Source: Octopus bimaculoides
Taxonomy: Eukaryota
Length of the DNA: 45,105 nt
Direction: 5' to 3'
NCBI RefSeq assembly: GCF_001194135.2
Contig: NC_068981.1
Coordinates: 184,323,255-184,368,359 of the forward strand
Position 1 is the stretch's first letter, and every line of letters begins with the position of its first letter. The notes beneath the pieces are model-generated. The model was not told the origin of the DNA. It did not search any database and saw only the letters and a program-made list of their open reading frames with translations. The translations under genes were made by a program, and so were the position numbers. Shown here piece by piece: positions 45,057-45,105 of the stretch.

Positions 45057-45105
<49 letters not shown>
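44870..45105 (-). mobile_element. SINE family A tail and hinge; continues beyond the window
   Basis: TTTCAGTCATTTGACTGCGGCCATGCTGGAGCACCGCCTTTAGTCGAGC. Confidence 0.9.

Overview
AT-rich, repeat-dense eukaryotic DNA from a gapped draft scaffold (8 N-runs: 4996-5434, 8707-9310, 19769-20033, 21142-21151, 22603-23227, 29535-29589, 39770-39979, 40507-40913). The repeat families resemble those I recall from octopus (coleoid cephalopod) genomes; this is an inference from memory, not a database search. I cannot support any intact host protein-coding gene, tRNA, rRNA or CRISPR array. Contents: several tRNA-headed SINE families with many copies, an RTE-tailed repeat with (GAT)n tails, decayed RTE LINE ORF pieces, a nearly complete decayed mariner transposase, the 5' part of a Chapaev3 transposon, several MITE types (Merlin-like, piggyBac-like, hAT-like, pogo/mariner-like) and many microsatellites. 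Best hunting results: (1) a candidate non-canonical minimal hammerhead ribozyme at 44128-44178, with a swapped G3-C8 core pair and a palindromic helix III, inside a microsatellite-embedded repeat; (2) two distinct GG-terminated MITE families with 8-bp TSDs that carry TTAGGG telomeric repeats in opposite arrangements; (3) short telomeric insertions inside SINEs, one replacing about 70 bp; (4) a 57-bp inverted repeat holding octamer and CCAAT motifs in a SINE-poor, CpG-retaining 4-kb island; (5) a perfect 52-bp-arm hairpin. Family names are recognised from memory and boundaries of old copies are approximate (about 10-20 bp).
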